Assembly (NCBI GenBank): GCA_048941015.1
Contig: JBHLNZ010000001.1
Span: 64,001 to 128,000, forward strand
Direction of reading: 5' to 3'
DNA length: 64,000 nucleotides
DNA from: Promethearchaeota archaeon
GTDB taxonomy: Archaea; Asgardarchaeota; Lokiarchaeia; Sigyniarchaeales; SOKP01
Under the pieces are notes generated by a model that worked only from the letters and a program-made list of their open reading frames with translations, was not told where the DNA came from and made no database searches. Shown piece by piece: positions 50,499 through 61,852 of the stretch; the first letter of the stretch is position 1; the number at the start of each line of letters is the position of its first letter. A program made the position numbers and the translations under genes.

Positions 50499-51272
50499 CT
50501 ACTCTTTTCTAAAAATAAATCCAATATTCATTAATTTTTTAATTGGTTGATATTTAGCGTCTAACATCATTAATTTTGATCCAGAATAGACTATTATCTT
50601 CCAAAAGATTTTAAATAATCTATTTGAGCTATAATTGGTACGTAATTTCTTCAAATTTATTTCAGTTTTTTTAGGTTTTAATTGTTGGAGATAGGTAATT
50701 CTCATTAATTGGCCATAAATCCCAAAATAATTTAAACACTTTAATCTATTTACTTCAAACAATCTTAATATCTCGTCAATCTCATATCTCCTAAAATGTC
50801 CAATTATTTTATCTTGATTATGATAATATTTCATTTTATGAGGAATTGAGATGATCACAATTCCATTTCTTCTTAATACTCTACTTAATTCGAAAATGGC
50901 CAATTTATCATCTTTAATATGTTCAAGGGTATCTAATGTGAATATAATGTCAAATGAATTATCACGATAGGGTAATTTTGTCATATCTCCACATATAGAT
51001 TGCCAAAATTGAGAAATGCTAGTTTTATTAGAATATTGGGCTAATGGAGTATTTGCTATGTCAAAAAATACTTTACATTTACAATTTTTAAATAATTTGA
51101 GAATTGAGTTTCCAGAACATCCTAAATCGACTGCTCTTTTAAAATTACGGAATCTTCCGATTCTTCTCAATATAAGGTCATACTTACATCTTATACCTGG
51201 TGAAATATAATATTCTGAAAAGGTTCTTTCAGAGAAATTGCTATGATTTTCATAGAATTCTTTAGCGTTCAT
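50499..51272 (-). CDS. Class I SAM-dependent methyltransferase
   Basis: VDLGCSG, LPYRDNSFD, LEHIKDD, GHFRRY. Confidence 0.85.
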   Translation of the reverse strand: MNAKEFYENHSNFSERTFSEYYISPGIRCKYDLILRRIGRFRNFKRAVDLGCSGNSILKLFKNCKCKVFFDIANTPLAQYSNKTSISQFWQSICGDMTKLPYRDNSFDIIFTLDTLEHIKDDKLAIFELSRVLRRNGIVIISIPHKMKYYHNQDKIIGHFRRYEIDEILRLFEVNRLKCLNYFGIYGQLMRITYLQQLKPKKTEINLKKLRTNYSSNRLFKIFWKIIVYSGSKLMMLDAKYQPIKKLMNIGFIFRKE

Positions 51273-51283
51273 TAAAATAAAAA

Positions 51284-52060
51284 TTAAATTTTTGTTAAAT
51301 AATAACTAAATGTTGGAATAAAAAGATAATAATTGTTTGCTTCTATACTTTTTTGCATTAAGCTAGAATTGAACTTCTTTGGATTTAGTTGTTTTTTAAA
51401 GAAATCCAAATCGCTCAGTAGTTCATTTTTATGCAAATTAGGTATCCATGGAAAACTGGTACATAAATGTTCTCCAACATTAAATCTGTTTAGAAAAAAT
51501 TGATATAGTTTCCTTCCTACTTCGGGATCTGCTCCTTTTTTTTTTAAATCCTGAAATATTTCTTTTTTTAAATTAGTATCAGGATACTCAATAAGACCTC
51601 CAAAATCGGGTTCTTCAAAGATTAATAAAACACCCGTCCTTTTTATAATTCTGTGGAGTTCATTGAAACACTTATCTAAATCTTTAATCCATAGGAATAA
51701 AAAATGAGTAACAACAACATCAAACATTTCATCATCAAAATCATTATTTAAAATATCCATAAAGTAAAGTTTTGCTTCAATCATATTATTTCTAAGATTT
51801 TTATTAGCGAAATTTACTTGATTTTTATCATTATCAATACCAATAAGTTTCAAATTAAATTTGACTCCAATTTCTTTAAGTAATTCACCAGAGCCACATC
51901 CAACTTCTAAAAGATTTCTTTTTTCCATTAGATTTGCTCTTTCATATAGGCGATCTCTTAAATGTGCTGTCCACTTTAGTTGCTGATTAAATTTACTTTC
52001 CCAACTATCTATTATTATCTCTTCCACAATAATTTTCCCTATAAAGAAATTTTTAAGCAA
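51284..52060 (-). CDS. Class I SAM-dependent methyltransferase
   Basis: LLEVGCGSG, GIDND, FDVVVTHFLFLW, EPDFG, GADPEVGRKL. Confidence 0.85.
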   Translation of the reverse strand: MLKNFFIGKIIVEEIIIDSWESKFNQQLKWTAHLRDRLYERANLMEKRNLLEVGCGSGELLKEIGVKFNLKLIGIDNDKNQVNFANKNLRNNMIEAKLYFMDILNNDFDDEMFDVVVTHFLFLWIKDLDKCFNELHRIIKRTGVLLIFEEPDFGGLIEYPDTNLKKEIFQDLKKKGADPEVGRKLYQFFLNRFNVGEHLCTSFPWIPNLHKNELLSDLDFFKKQLNPKKFNSSLMQKSIEANNYYLFIPTFSYYLTKI

Positions 52061-52241
52061 TTATTTTAAAAAAATACGGTTTCGCTATAATATTTTAGAA
52101 GTTATTTACCTTTAAAAAAATTAAGAGATTGTACAACAAAAATAATATCTCTTTTATTAAATATAAATTATTAATTAAATTAAATAGAATTTTTAATGGT
52201 CATTAATTAGTTACACAAAAATTACAATTGGATTTTATAAC

Positions 52242-52664
52242 ATGTTGAATCAATTGAGCATTTACCTTCCAAATAAACCAGGAGTTCTCGCGAATTTTTT
52301 TGAATTACTGATGAATAATAAAATTTCTATTCGTTCCATGACAGTTGCCGAAACTGAAGAATATGGTCTTCTTCTACTTTTGGTGGATCAATTCGAAGCC
52401 TGCTCTAAATTATTAGAAGAAAAGGATTTTCTTTTTAGTGTAACTCAAGTTGTTGCAGTTCGACTTACTAATAATATATCTAAATTATATGAAATTGCTA
52501 AAACATTGGGCTCAAATAATGTAAATATAGAATATCTTTACACTACTTTAATTGATGATCAAGCCTTAATCGTTTTAAGATTAGATAATAATCAAGTTGG
52601 AGCAAAGATTCTTAAAGAAAATGGATTTACTATTGTTGATAAATTATTAAATGTTATTGATTAA
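52242..52664 (+). CDS. Tandem ACT-domain protein
   Basis: QLSIYLPNKPGVLA, NVNIEYLY; family often found near IOR genes. Confidence 0.85.
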   Translation: MLNQLSIYLPNKPGVLANFFELLMNNKISIRSMTVAETEEYGLLLLLVDQFEACSKLLEEKDFLFSVTQVVAVRLTNNISKLYEIAKTLGSNNVNIEYLYTTLIDDQALIVLRLDNNQVGAKILKENGFTIVDKLLNVID

Positions 52665-54043
52665 TATTTACTATTTCTTTGTAAAAAGCGCATTCTATCA
52701 ATTAATATCTTTATTGCAAAAGCAGATTCGTTCGGAGAGTAAAAGATTGGGGTCTTCTCTTTATTAGCTAATTGGTGTAATTCTTTAAAATCTTCACTAA
52801 ATAAGAATAATGGTATAATTGGCTTCCTTCTATTGGTCTCATTCCATGCTTTAACAACCCCTTGATAATGCTCACTTGTTTTCATTTCTAAGAAAGGAGG
52901 AATAACGCAACAAGCAACAACGATAGCAATGTTTGGATCTTGTAACATTGATTTAGTAATTTGATAGTACTGTTCTTCACCTGCACTTGCTATCATGTCA
53001 AGTGGGTTAACTTTCTTAACTAAAGATATAATATAAGGAGAAATTTTACTAATTAAGTTTTCTGAAAATTCTACTAATTTAAGATTAAAAATTTCTGCAG
53101 CATCACTAAAAAGAACGGCACTCCCTCCACTATTTGTTAAAACTCCAATATTTTCTCCATCTGGTATTGGTAATAAAGATAAAATTTTTAATGCTGTAAT
53201 GAAATCAGGTATATTTTCACACAATATTGCACCAGATTGCATTACAGCTGCTTTAAGAATTTTATAATTAGTGGCTATTGAACCGGTATGACTGCTAGCA
53301 GCTTTCATTCCTGTTTCAGTTCGCCCTCCTTTAAGAACTACAACTGGCTTTTTTTTGTTTATTCCCTTCATATTGGATAAAAAATTTATGCCATCTTTGA
53401 CTGTTTCAAGATATAGAGCAATTATTTGACTTTTCTTATCTTCTTCATAATATTCAAGAATTTCATTGAATGATATATCAATAGCATTTCCGATATTTGC
53501 AAATTTTGAGCATCCTAAATTATGTCTTTCCATCGCATAGAAACTAGCACAACCAATTGATCCAGATTGACTTATTATACTAATATTTCCTCGTTTTGGT
53601 GCTTGAATAAATGAAGCATTAAGTCCAATCTCAAGATTTTGAATTCCAACACAATTTGGACCCATAACTCTTATTCCTGATTCTTTACATTTTATTGCTA
53701 TTAGTTTTTCTTTTCTTTTTCCCTCCTCATTTATTTCTCCAAAGCCTGAGGTCACAATAATTATTCTTTTTACTTTTTTTTGTATACAATCATCAATAAT
53801 TTGATCGACAATCTTTTCTGGGACTAATATTAAAGCCAGATCTATTTCCTTAGGAATATTGAGAATAGATTCATAAGTTTTTATACCAAATATTTCACGG
53901 CTTCCTTTAGAAATTAAAAATAATTCGCTTTGAAGATTTTTATTTTTAAGGATATTTTGAGTAACTGCATTTCCAAACTTTTTAGGATTCGAGGTAGCAC
54001 CAATAACTGCAATTGTTTTAGGGTAAAAAAAAAGGTTTGTCAT
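52661..54043 (-). CDS. acdA: ADP-forming acyl-CoA synthetase, alpha (CoA-binding) subunit
   Basis: AVIGAT, GPNCVG, SQSG, AASSHTGS (phospho-His), NPLD; start moved to MTNLFF to avoid overlapping iorA. Confidence 0.85.
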   Translation of the reverse strand: MTNLFFYPKTIAVIGATSNPKKFGNAVTQNILKNKNLQSELFLISKGSREIFGIKTYESILNIPKEIDLALILVPEKIVDQIIDDCIQKKVKRIIIVTSGFGEINEEGKRKEKLIAIKCKESGIRVMGPNCVGIQNLEIGLNASFIQAPKRGNISIISQSGSIGCASFYAMERHNLGCSKFANIGNAIDISFNEILEYYEEDKKSQIIALYLETVKDGINFLSNMKGINKKKPVVVLKGGRTETGMKAASSHTGSIATNYKILKAAVMQSGAILCENIPDFITALKILSLLPIPDGENIGVLTNSGGSAVLFSDAAEIFNLKLVEFSENLISKISPYIISLVKKVNPLDMIASAGEEQYYQITKSMLQDPNIAIVVACCVIPPFLEMKTSEHYQGVVKAWNETNRRKPIIPLFLFSEDFKELHQLANKEKTPIFYSPNESAFAIKILIDRMRFLQRNSKY

Positions 54044-54047
54044 AATA

Positions 54048-55952
54048 TTAATTCGTCTCCTCATATATCGCATTTTGAGGACAAACTTCAATACAGACTT
54101 TACATCCTCTACAAAATGATTGATCAATCATTGCCTTTTTATTATTCTCATCAAAAACAAGGGCAGGGCATCCAAATTTATTGACACATATAAAACATCC
54201 TATACATTTGTCAGGATCGATTTTAACTATTGGTGGTTCAATATTTTTTAATTTTAATTGATTCATTTCTATTAGAGAGCAAGTATGCCTTGAAATGAAT
54301 ACTCTAACTCCATTAGCATTTACAGCTTCTTCTAATTTTTCCATTACTTTATTAATATTATTAGAATCTTCAATCCATACATTTTCCGGTTTTACTCCGC
54401 AACCTTTAACTAGATCTTCTAGAATGACTCTTGTACCAATCTCCTTTGTAATAGTAATTCCCGTACCGGGATTATCTTGGAAACCTGTCATACTTGTTGA
54501 TCGATTATCCAAAATTACAACTAACATCTCATTATTATTATATACTGCGTTTATCAATGCCGGGATACCCGAATGAAAAAATGTCGAATCTCCTAATATT
54601 GCTAATACTGGATTCTCTTTTGGTTGTACTTTAGTTATACCGTTTGCTAATCCTATAGATCCTCCCATACATACTTCTGTATCTAATTCTTCCAATGGTT
54701 TATAAACGGCAAGTGTATAGCATCCAATATCAGAAGAATTGACAAATTTAGTTTTAAGTTTTTTCTCTACTTGTTTAATCGCATAGAAAGTAGCTCGATG
54801 ACTACAACCTGGGCAAAGTATTGGCAAACGAGGTGGAATTATGATCATATTTTCTGGAACTGGAATTTTTTGATAATTAAGACCTAACAAATTTGCAATA
54901 TTTTCAATATATAATTCTGCTGAAAATTCTCCATTTTGAGGAAAATAATTTTTTCCGTGAATTCTCACTTCTTTAGAGATGCCTTCTTCATAAGCAATTT
55001 GTTTTAAAATATTTTCAATAAATGGTTCTAATTCTTCAATAACAAGAATTTCATCAACAGAATCAAATAACTCTTTAATTAATTTACGAGGGGGAGGATA
55101 AACCATTCCAAGCTTTAAAATCGAAACTTTTTCTTTTATTCCAAAATTATCAAGTGCATCAAGTAATTGAGCATAAGGTACCCCTGCTGCAACAAATCCA
55201 TATCTAATACCATTTAATTTTTCTCTCGATATTTTAATTTGATTGAAAGGGAAGTTATCAGCAAAATCAGAGATATCTGCCATTCGTTCAAGTAGTCTGA
55301 TTCTTAAAATACGAGAATGACTAGGTAAACATACCCATCTTGACCTGTCCCAATCAAAACCGTATTCTCTGTCAATCGATTTTATTTTGCCAAGACTCAC
55401 ATCTCCACGACCATGATTTAACCTTGTTGTAGTTCGATATAAAACTACAGATTGGAATTGTTCAGAAAAATCAAATGCATATATCATCATATCTTTTGCT
55501 TCTTGTGGTGTAGAAGGCTCAAAAACGGGAACTAAAGCATGTGGTCCGAAAAATCGATTATCTTGTTCATTTTGAGAAGAAAAACAATTAGGATCATCAG
55601 CAGAAACTAATATCATTCCTCCACGTGCTCCTGCATAGCATGCTGTCATAAATGCATCAGATGCCACATTTACACCTACATGTTTCATGCAAGCAACAGA
55701 ACGTACATTTGCCATTGAACCTCCATAAGCAACTTCAAATCCAACTTTTTCATTAATACTCCATTCAAGTTTTAAATGAGGAAAATAGGGTTTCATTTCA
55801 GCTAATGTAGTCAAAATTTCTGATGATGGAGTACCAGGATATCCTGCACCAATTATAACTCCCGCTTCTAAAATTCCCCTCGCAATTGCCTCATTACCTA
55901 ACATTATTCCTTTTTTATCAACTATATCCTCAATATAATAAGGCTTATTCAT
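54048..55952 (-). CDS. iorA: Indolepyruvate:ferredoxin oxidoreductase alpha subunit
   Basis: GNEAIARG, GYPGTPSSE, SSQNEQDNR, CPGCSHR, DIGCY, GDSTFFHSG, C-terminal ferredoxin. Confidence 0.95.
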   Translation of the reverse strand: MNKPYYIEDIVDKKGIMLGNEAIARGILEAGVIIGAGYPGTPSSEILTTLAEMKPYFPHLKLEWSINEKVGFEVAYGGSMANVRSVACMKHVGVNVASDAFMTACYAGARGGMILVSADDPNCFSSQNEQDNRFFGPHALVPVFEPSTPQEAKDMMIYAFDFSEQFQSVVLYRTTTRLNHGRGDVSLGKIKSIDREYGFDWDRSRWVCLPSHSRILRIRLLERMADISDFADNFPFNQIKISREKLNGIRYGFVAAGVPYAQLLDALDNFGIKEKVSILKLGMVYPPPRKLIKELFDSVDEILVIEELEPFIENILKQIAYEEGISKEVRIHGKNYFPQNGEFSAELYIENIANLLGLNYQKIPVPENMIIIPPRLPILCPGCSHRATFYAIKQVEKKLKTKFVNSSDIGCYTLAVYKPLEELDTEVCMGGSIGLANGITKVQPKENPVLAILGDSTFFHSGIPALINAVYNNNEMLVVILDNRSTSMTGFQDNPGTGITITKEIGTRVILEDLVKGCGVKPENVWIEDSNNINKVMEKLEEAVNANGVRVFISRHTCSLIEMNQLKLKNIEPPIVKIDPDKCIGCFICVNKFGCPALVFDENNKKAMIDQSFCRGCKVCIEVCPQNAIYEETN

Positions 55953-56565
55953 TAAATTTCCTCCTTGCAATTTTTCCTTTTTCAATACCTAATTCAAAAG
56001 CTTTCTTATTTATATCATGAACTTTATTTGGAATAAAATTAAAAATTGATTTTTCTAATATATCCCTCTTAATTGAGATATTTTCACTTCCCCATAATAC
56101 ACCTAACATAACAACATTCATAGCACGTTTATCCCCTGCTTTAAGTGCTATCTCATCAGCTTGAATAAAATGTATATTAGAACTGACATTTTTTAAAAAA
56201 TCATGGATCTTATCAATATCTGGGTATTCCATACCCAGTTGATGAATCATAGGTGGAATGATTATATTATCATTTATTAAAAATATTGTATTTGGTCCAG
56301 CATAACTAAAGTTTCTAACCGCTTCACTTGCTTCAAAAGCTAATACTACGTCGGTTTTACCTCTTGGAATTAAAGGACCTTCCACTTTTGTTCCAAATCG
56401 TAAATATGAAGCTACAGATCCCCCCCTCTGAGCCATTCCATGAGTTTCTGCGGTTCTAACTTTGTAACCTTCTAATAGTGCTGCCCAAGAGAGGATCTGT
56501 ACCGCTCTAATAACACCCTGTCCCCCAATCCCTACATTCAAGAGGTTATAACTTTCAATCTCCAT
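55945..56565 (-). CDS. iorB: Indolepyruvate:ferredoxin oxidoreductase beta subunit
   Basis: GIGGQG, ETHGMAQRGGSV, NVVMLG, NKKAFELG. Confidence 0.95.
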   Translation of the reverse strand: MEIESYNLLNVGIGGQGVIRAVQILSWAALLEGYKVRTAETHGMAQRGGSVASYLRFGTKVEGPLIPRGKTDVVLAFEASEAVRNFSYAGPNTIFLINDNIIIPPMIHQLGMEYPDIDKIHDFLKNVSSNIHFIQADEIALKAGDKRAMNVVMLGVLWGSENISIKRDILEKSIFNFIPNKVHDINKKAFELGIEKGKIARRKFNE

Positions 56566-56891
56566 GATGCCCTTAGGTTTTAAAATTTAAAAATAATTTT
56601 TTTATCTAGGTTTAATTAATATCCAAAATATAATTAACTTATTCGTGATTATATATAATGGGAACAGTATCCCATCAGAATGCGTTAATTATGTTAATAA
56701 GTTTTGTAAAAAAGGAGAATTTATTAATTAACTAATAAGTTTTTTGCATTCTTTTCTTGCTTCTTTATTATTTTGGTTTGTTATATAAAATCCAATGAAA
56801 TAACAGTTTAAAACTGCAATGAATATAACTAATTTATTTAACTTAATTAATTAAAATATACAAATTAAATTCAAAATTATATTCGAGAGAG

Positions 56892-58418
56892 ATGAAAGTA
56901 ATAGTTATTGGTTCGGGTTTAGCAGGTTTAACAACGGCGGCATATCTAGCTCGCGAAGGTTATGAAGTCACTGTTCTTGAGCAGTTTTCAGAAATAGGTG
57001 GAGTTACAGCCACTATCCATAAAAATGGTTATTCTTGGGATATTGGTCCTTTATTATTAGGTGGTTTTGCTCCTCATGAGGGGTTAACTAAAATCTTATC
57101 AGAATTAGATCTAAAAGAGAAAATCACCTTAATAAAAGAGGATAGAGGACAATCTTTCCCAGACTTTCAAGTTTGGCATCCCAAAGAATATGCAGGACCA
57201 TTTTGGAGAAGAGATTATTTTAAAAAACTATTTCCTGATGAAAGTGAAGGATTAGATAAATATTATAAATTCTATGATAAAATGCTATCAATTATTTATC
57301 TTGGCAGTCAAATACCATTTACTGAAGGATTTAAAAGATTCTTACTAAAACTAAGAATTATTCCAAAATTTTTGAAGATTAAGAAATTTAAAGATTGGAA
57401 TGCTGCCCAGGTTATGGATTATTTTTTTAAGGATGAAAAATTAAAAGCAGTTTATCTGGCGATTTTAGCAGATATGGTTGTAAGGCCATCCCAATTTTTA
57501 GGATTAGGAGTTCCCGCTGTAAACGTCGAAACTGCTTTCGATAAGAGGATTCCAATTAAATTTAAAGGAGGCTCTTATCAAGACTATCATTATATAAAAA
57601 ATGGCTGTGGAGAATTAATTAAAGCATTTTCTGATTATATTATCTCTAATGGGGGAAACATTCACACAAATTCAAAAGTAATTAAGATTATTATCGATAA
57701 TAATAGAGCTACAAGTGTTGAACTTGAAAATGGGAATCTTATTAACGCAGATTTAGTTGTAGCTAGTGGGGGAGTTTTAAATACTTTTTACAATTTAATA
57801 GGTCGTGAACACTTGCCAGATGAGTTTATTAAAAATATTGAAAGTCTGGTATACATGGAATCCGTTCTAATGGTTCATATTGGTATAGATTTTGATCCAT
57901 CACCATATCAAAGAGCTGCTCTTTGTTATTATTACCTGACTTATGATCTTGAAGGTGGTATTAACCGTTGTCAAACTGGTGATTATCATGAAGGAAAAGA
58001 TGGATTTTTAATTTATATTCCTTCTATGCACTCTCCTGAAATGGCGCCCCCTGGTAAACATGCAGTTACAATTTATACAATCGCCCCTCATAAATTAGAA
58101 GAGGGAACTTGGAATGAGCGTCGCGAAGAACTTGCAGATAAATTATTAATTGAAGCTGAAAAGATTATCCCTGGCTTAAAAGAAAAGACTCAAGTAAAGG
58201 TTATAATGACGCCTGATGATTTTAAGAACAGGATTAATGTAATAAGACACAGCTTTGGAGGTTTAGCTCCAGTTATGAATCAACAAGCCCCTCCTTATCG
58301 AACTCCTATTGAAGGATTTTGGTATATTGGAGCATATAGTGAATCAGGGGGTGGTGTTGCGGGAGTTGCTATTGGTGCTCGAAATGCAGCTAAATTAATT
58401 TTAAAAGAATGTTCTTAA
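56892..58418 (+). CDS. Phytoene desaturase (CrtI)-like FAD-dependent oxidoreductase
   Basis: VIGSGLAGL, GG......GYSWDIGP, PEMAPPGKH, TPDDF, GGGVAG. Confidence 0.85.
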   Translation: MKVIVIGSGLAGLTTAAYLAREGYEVTVLEQFSEIGGVTATIHKNGYSWDIGPLLLGGFAPHEGLTKILSELDLKEKITLIKEDRGQSFPDFQVWHPKEYAGPFWRRDYFKKLFPDESEGLDKYYKFYDKMLSIIYLGSQIPFTEGFKRFLLKLRIIPKFLKIKKFKDWNAAQVMDYFFKDEKLKAVYLAILADMVVRPSQFLGLGVPAVNVETAFDKRIPIKFKGGSYQDYHYIKNGCGELIKAFSDYIISNGGNIHTNSKVIKIIIDNNRATSVELENGNLINADLVVASGGVLNTFYNLIGREHLPDEFIKNIESLVYMESVLMVHIGIDFDPSPYQRAALCYYYLTYDLEGGINRCQTGDYHEGKDGFLIYIPSMHSPEMAPPGKHAVTIYTIAPHKLEEGTWNERREELADKLLIEAEKIIPGLKEKTQVKVIMTPDDFKNRINVIRHSFGGLAPVMNQQAPPYRTPIEGFWYIGAYSESGGGVAGVAIGARNAAKLILKECS

Positions 58419-59279
58419 ATTTATAATAGAGATACTTTAGAATTTAAAAATAATTCTTCCTTTTATTTTAAATTAATAAGATTTTTGTTTCAAAAATATA
58501 ACGAAATAAGTTTAAAAGTAAGAAAATTTCTTTATTTTATACTTACTATATTAAACTATTAATCATTTTGGCAGAAGGTTTTAACTGATTTTGTCTTTAA
58601 TTAAATATAATGACGATTTATTCCTTATTAAGAACTTAATAAATATATAATTTGAAATAGTAAATATGTTGATAATCGAAAATTTAAAAAAAAAATGGGC
58701 AGAAATATTTCAAAAAAATTGCAATATGTCCTATGAAATTTGAGAAAAAATTTTATTTTAAATTAAATTTATGAGCCATTGTAGCTTTTATTTAAGAAAA
58801 TAGGATTATAACTCTAAATTAGTAGATATGATATTTCAAATATGTTATTATCATTCTTTTTTATTGAAATTTTAAATAGAACGTTTATAAAATCGACGAA
58901 AGATTTTTATAGATGAATAAACTTATACTAGATTAGAAAATTTCGATTTTCTATCTTGTAGTGGAATGTTTGTTATTAGCCCATAATTTATTCCTCCACG
59001 AATTGTTTGGAACTAAATATCATTACATTCCATTACAACTTCCCTTTTTATCATCTTCGTTATTTATTTTTTTGTAATCACAATTTACTCCTTAATAATA
59101 AACTCGATTAATGTTTTTCAATAAAAGCTGTAATAATATAAATGTATTAAATCACTTTTTCTGTAAAAATACTAAGAAATCAGTTTTAATGACAAAATAA
59201 TTAATTTTAATTTATTTGCAAATTATGTTTATGTGATAAAATAATAATTTAAAATATTCTTGTAATAAAGGTTTAAAAA

Positions 59280-60575
59280 ATGGCTAAAGTAACTATTGTT
59301 CATCGTGATAAGGTCCCCGGTTTGCCGAGTAAATATACTGAAGAGGAGCTTAAAATTGTTGTTGATATGGTTGATGAAATGTTTAATAATCTTGGGGGTA
59401 TAAATAGTTATATAAAACCAGGAGAAACTGTCGTATTAAAGCCGAATAGTTGTACATATTTTGGTTCAGTTATGATTGATAAAAAAACAGGAGAAGAATG
59501 CGTCAATCTACAAGGAGCAGCTAATACTGACGCAAGAGTCTTAGCAGCAATAACAAAATTAGCACTTGAAAAAGCCAATGCGAAAGAGGTATTAACAGCA
59601 GAGACATGTGCTTTTGATTATCATGAACGTTGGCAAGCTTGCATTACTCTGGATGTATCTGGAATAAAAGCTGCTGTTGAAGCAGTTGGGGGAAAAGCAG
59701 TTGATTTTAACGACATGGAACGAGTAGAGATTGAAACAAAAAAACCAGCAAATGCTATGGATAAAATTCATGTACCTGAAATATTAACAAGATCTGATGT
59801 TGTTTTTATAAATTGTCCTGCAATGAAAACTCATAGTTTTGAAACTTTAACCTTAGGCATGAAAAACTATCAAGGTATTTTCAAATGGGAAGATAAATTA
59901 ATAGCTCATGATGGAAAACTTAGTTTAAAGTTTGTAGATATGGTTCGAACTCTCCCTCCCCGATTGACAGTTACTAGTGGTCTTTGGGCGGTCCAAGGAC
60001 AAGGACCTATCCCTATGCGTGGGCATGACTATATGACGATTACTGATATGAATACCATAGTAGCTGGTGATAATGTCATCGCTACCGATGCAGTTACTGC
60101 TAGAGTTATGGGATTTGATCCTATGGAAGTAAGAACTATTAGGCTTGGGGCTCATCTTGGTGCTGGACCATTAGATCTTAAAGAAATAGAGTTGACAGGT
60201 ACACCAATAGAAACTGTAAAGAGAGATTTTATGAAACCATCTGGTGAGTGTAATGGTATTTATCCAACGGTTCGAGTTATAGAAGGGAGTCCCTGTTATG
60301 TATGTAAAGCATTAGTACGTGCTATATGTGACGGTTTAGCTTTTACATTTCCAAAATTACATGAGCATGATCAAGATCCGATCTTCATTCTGGGTTTAAA
60401 TGCATACATACCTGAAGATATAAAAGGAAGTGACAAAGAAGTATGGGTTATTGGAGATTGTGCGGCAGAACATAAAAATGTCACCTCAAATACACATTTC
60501 TATCCAGGATGTTGTCCAATGCAAGCGAATATCGAGCTTCCAGGAACAGTTGTTAATAAATGGAAATCTCTTTAA
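59280..60575 (+). CDS. DUF362 domain Fe-S protein
   Basis: VVLKPN, MKTH, TLGMKN, GQGP, ATDAV, MGFDP; C-terminal Cys cluster. Confidence 0.85.
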   Translation: MAKVTIVHRDKVPGLPSKYTEEELKIVVDMVDEMFNNLGGINSYIKPGETVVLKPNSCTYFGSVMIDKKTGEECVNLQGAANTDARVLAAITKLALEKANAKEVLTAETCAFDYHERWQACITLDVSGIKAAVEAVGGKAVDFNDMERVEIETKKPANAMDKIHVPEILTRSDVVFINCPAMKTHSFETLTLGMKNYQGIFKWEDKLIAHDGKLSLKFVDMVRTLPPRLTVTSGLWAVQGQGPIPMRGHDYMTITDMNTIVAGDNVIATDAVTARVMGFDPMEVRTIRLGAHLGAGPLDLKEIELTGTPIETVKRDFMKPSGECNGIYPTVRVIEGSPCYVCKALVRAICDGLAFTFPKLHEHDQDPIFILGLNAYIPEDIKGSDKEVWVIGDCAAEHKNVTSNTHFYPGCCPMQANIELPGTVVNKWKSL

Positions 60576-60643
60576 TGAGATTTTAAAAAAATATTATTAC
60601 TTTTTCTTTTTTAATATTTTTAGTAAAAGATTATTTTTCAAAA

Positions 60644-61840
60644 TTAATCTTCAGCTTTTACTTTTTTCAATTCTTCGATTAAAGCTGGAATAACTTCATG
60701 AAGATCTCCAACAATCCCATAGTGAGCTACGCTAAAAATAGGTGCATTTAGATCTTTATTTATAGCTACAATAATCTCTGAATTCTGCATACCAACTAGG
60801 TGCTGAATTGCACCTGAAATTCCACAAGCAACATATAGCTTAGGAGAAACTGTTTTCCCTGTTTGGCCAACTTGCCTATCTTGATCAAGCCAATTTAGCT
60901 CGACTGTCACACGTGAACCACCTAATTCAGCTCCTAAAGCCTTAGCAAGTTCTTCAACAATTTTAAATCCTTGTTTTGAACCAACACCTCTGCCACCAGC
61001 AACGATAATTTCAGCATCTTCTAGATTTATAGTTTTCTTTTGTTTTTCTATGATTTTTATAATTTTTGTAACTGAATCTTTTTCTGTAAATTTCTTTTCA
61101 ATTTTCTTTATCTTTACCTTCTTTTTATAATCTTTATCTGCTTTGAAAATACCAGGTCTTACAGTTGCCATTTGGGGTCTGCTTGTTGGGGTTCGTATTG
61201 TTGCCATTATATTTCCTCCAAAAGTTGGCCTTGTTTGCATTAAATTTCCAGTATATTCTTCTATATCTAAACCAGTACAATCTGCTGTTAAACCAGCTTT
61301 TAACTTTTTAGCAACTCTCGGGGCAAAGTCTCTTCCTGTAGGAGTTGCTCCTATTAATATAATTTCTGGTTTATTTTGATTAATTAAATCGGTCAGCATA
61401 TTTACATATAAATCTGAATAATAATCCTTAAGAATAGGAGATTTAACATAAATTACTTCATCTGCCCCAAATTGTCCAAATTCTTCTAAGTTGTTATCGA
61501 AAGCATCCCCTAAAATAACGAGTGTTAAATTTACTTTTAATTGATCAGCAAGTTTTCGGCCTTTTCCTAATAATTGATATGCTACTTTATGTATTTCTCC
61601 TTTATAATGCTCTGCAATTACCCAAACTCCCTTATATAAAGACTTATCTACTTTGTCGACATATTCTTCTCTTTCCAAAATTATAGCTTCAACAGGACAA
61701 ACATCTACACACGCTCCACATAGATTACATTCACCAGTAACTACAGCAACATTATCAATTATTTCAATTCCACCATAAGGACAAGAATTTACACAACTTG
61801 AACATCCTGTACATAATTCACTATCAATAACTATACTCAT
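60644..61840 (-). CDS. etfA: Electron transfer flavoprotein alpha subunit with N-terminal 2x[4Fe-4S] ferredoxin
   Basis: CTGCSSCVNSCP, CNLCGACVDVCP, GLTADCT, QVGQTGKTV, GISGAIQH. Confidence 0.95.
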   Translation of the reverse strand: MSIVIDSELCTGCSSCVNSCPYGGIEIIDNVAVVTGECNLCGACVDVCPVEAIILEREEYVDKVDKSLYKGVWVIAEHYKGEIHKVAYQLLGKGRKLADQLKVNLTLVILGDAFDNNLEEFGQFGADEVIYVKSPILKDYYSDLYVNMLTDLINQNKPEIILIGATPTGRDFAPRVAKKLKAGLTADCTGLDIEEYTGNLMQTRPTFGGNIMATIRTPTSRPQMATVRPGIFKADKDYKKKVKIKKIEKKFTEKDSVTKIIKIIEKQKKTINLEDAEIIVAGGRGVGSKQGFKIVEELAKALGAELGGSRVTVELNWLDQDRQVGQTGKTVSPKLYVACGISGAIQHLVGMQNSEIIVAINKDLNAPIFSVAHYGIVGDLHEVIPALIEELKKVKAED

Positions 61841-61852
61841 TGCAATTTCCTC

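Noticed and set aside
54044-54127. N-terminal extension of the acyl-CoA synthetase ORF (and 55953-55985 for iorA)
   Set aside because: They overlap the upstream genes, and family homology begins at the downstream ATG.
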